A stretch of 64,000 nucleotides of DNA from Octopus bimaculoides (Eukaryota), in contig NC_068990.1 of NCBI RefSeq assembly GCF_001194135.2, positions 70,035,007 to 70,099,006 on the forward strand. Reading direction: 5' to 3'. Below the pieces are notes generated by a model. It made no database searches, had not been told where the DNA came from, and was given only the letters and a program-made list of their open reading frames with translations. Positions 63,648 to 64,000 of the stretch are shown piece by piece. Every line of letters begins with the position of its first letter. The first letter of the stretch is position 1. The position numbers were made by a program, and so were the translations under genes.

Positions 63648-63940
63648 TGTGTGGTCATTGCCAGTACCGCTGGACTGGCTCCTGTGCAGGTAACACATAA
63701 AAAAACCCACCTTTTGAGCATGGTCGTTGTCAGTACTGCCTGACTGGCCCTCATGCCAGTGACACATAAATGCACCCACTACACTCTCAGAGTGGTTGGC
63801 ATTAGGAAAGGCACCCACCTGTAGAAACTTTGCCAGATCAGATTGGAGCCTGGTGTAGCCTTCTGGCTCGCCAGTCTTCATTCAAACTATCCAACCCATG
63901 CCAGCATGGAAAGCAGACATTAAACAACAATGATGATGAA
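63644..63940 (+). mobile_element. RTE-related 3' tail element
   Basis: Same family. Further diverged copies lie near 3505-3715, 15841-15941, 27740-27900, 33910-34200, 38820-38926 and 59680-59850 (+), and 6170-6360, 12620-12840, 21580-21730 and 54185-54340 (-). Confidence 0.8.
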
Positions 63941-63958
63941 GGTGTATATATATACTTT

Positions 63959-64000
<42 letters not shown>

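Overview
AT-rich, CpG-depleted, microsatellite- and SINE-dense animal genomic scaffold with many assembly gaps. The repeat families and gap style suggest an octopus short-read assembly (inference). The window is dominated by one + strand gene, an EGFR/ErbB-family receptor tyrosine kinase. I traced 18 consecutive coding exons (14915-63215, 2907 nt, about 969 codons). All have GT-AG boundaries and compatible phases. They encode L1, CR1 (with dimerisation arm), L2, an extended cysteine-rich region, the TM helix, the juxtamembrane segment and the kinase through HRDLAARN. The signal-peptide exon is not securely identified and the 3' end lies beyond the window. Introns carry tRNA-headed SINEs, RTE, CR1-like and R4/Dong-like LINE remnants, two mariner fossils, TTAA-flanked MITEs, a 5'-truncated 5S rRNA copy and several foldback elements. 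The most unusual observation is five minimal type I hammerhead ribozyme motifs of the kind carried by Penelope-like elements. The three antisense to EGFR keep all catalytic core bases, while both sense-strand copies have a core lesion (G12A; A9 deleted). A candidate antisense terminal exon (9058-9224) may belong to a nested gene. There is no CRISPR array or prokaryotic system, and most long ORFs in the supplied track are gap or microsatellite artefacts.
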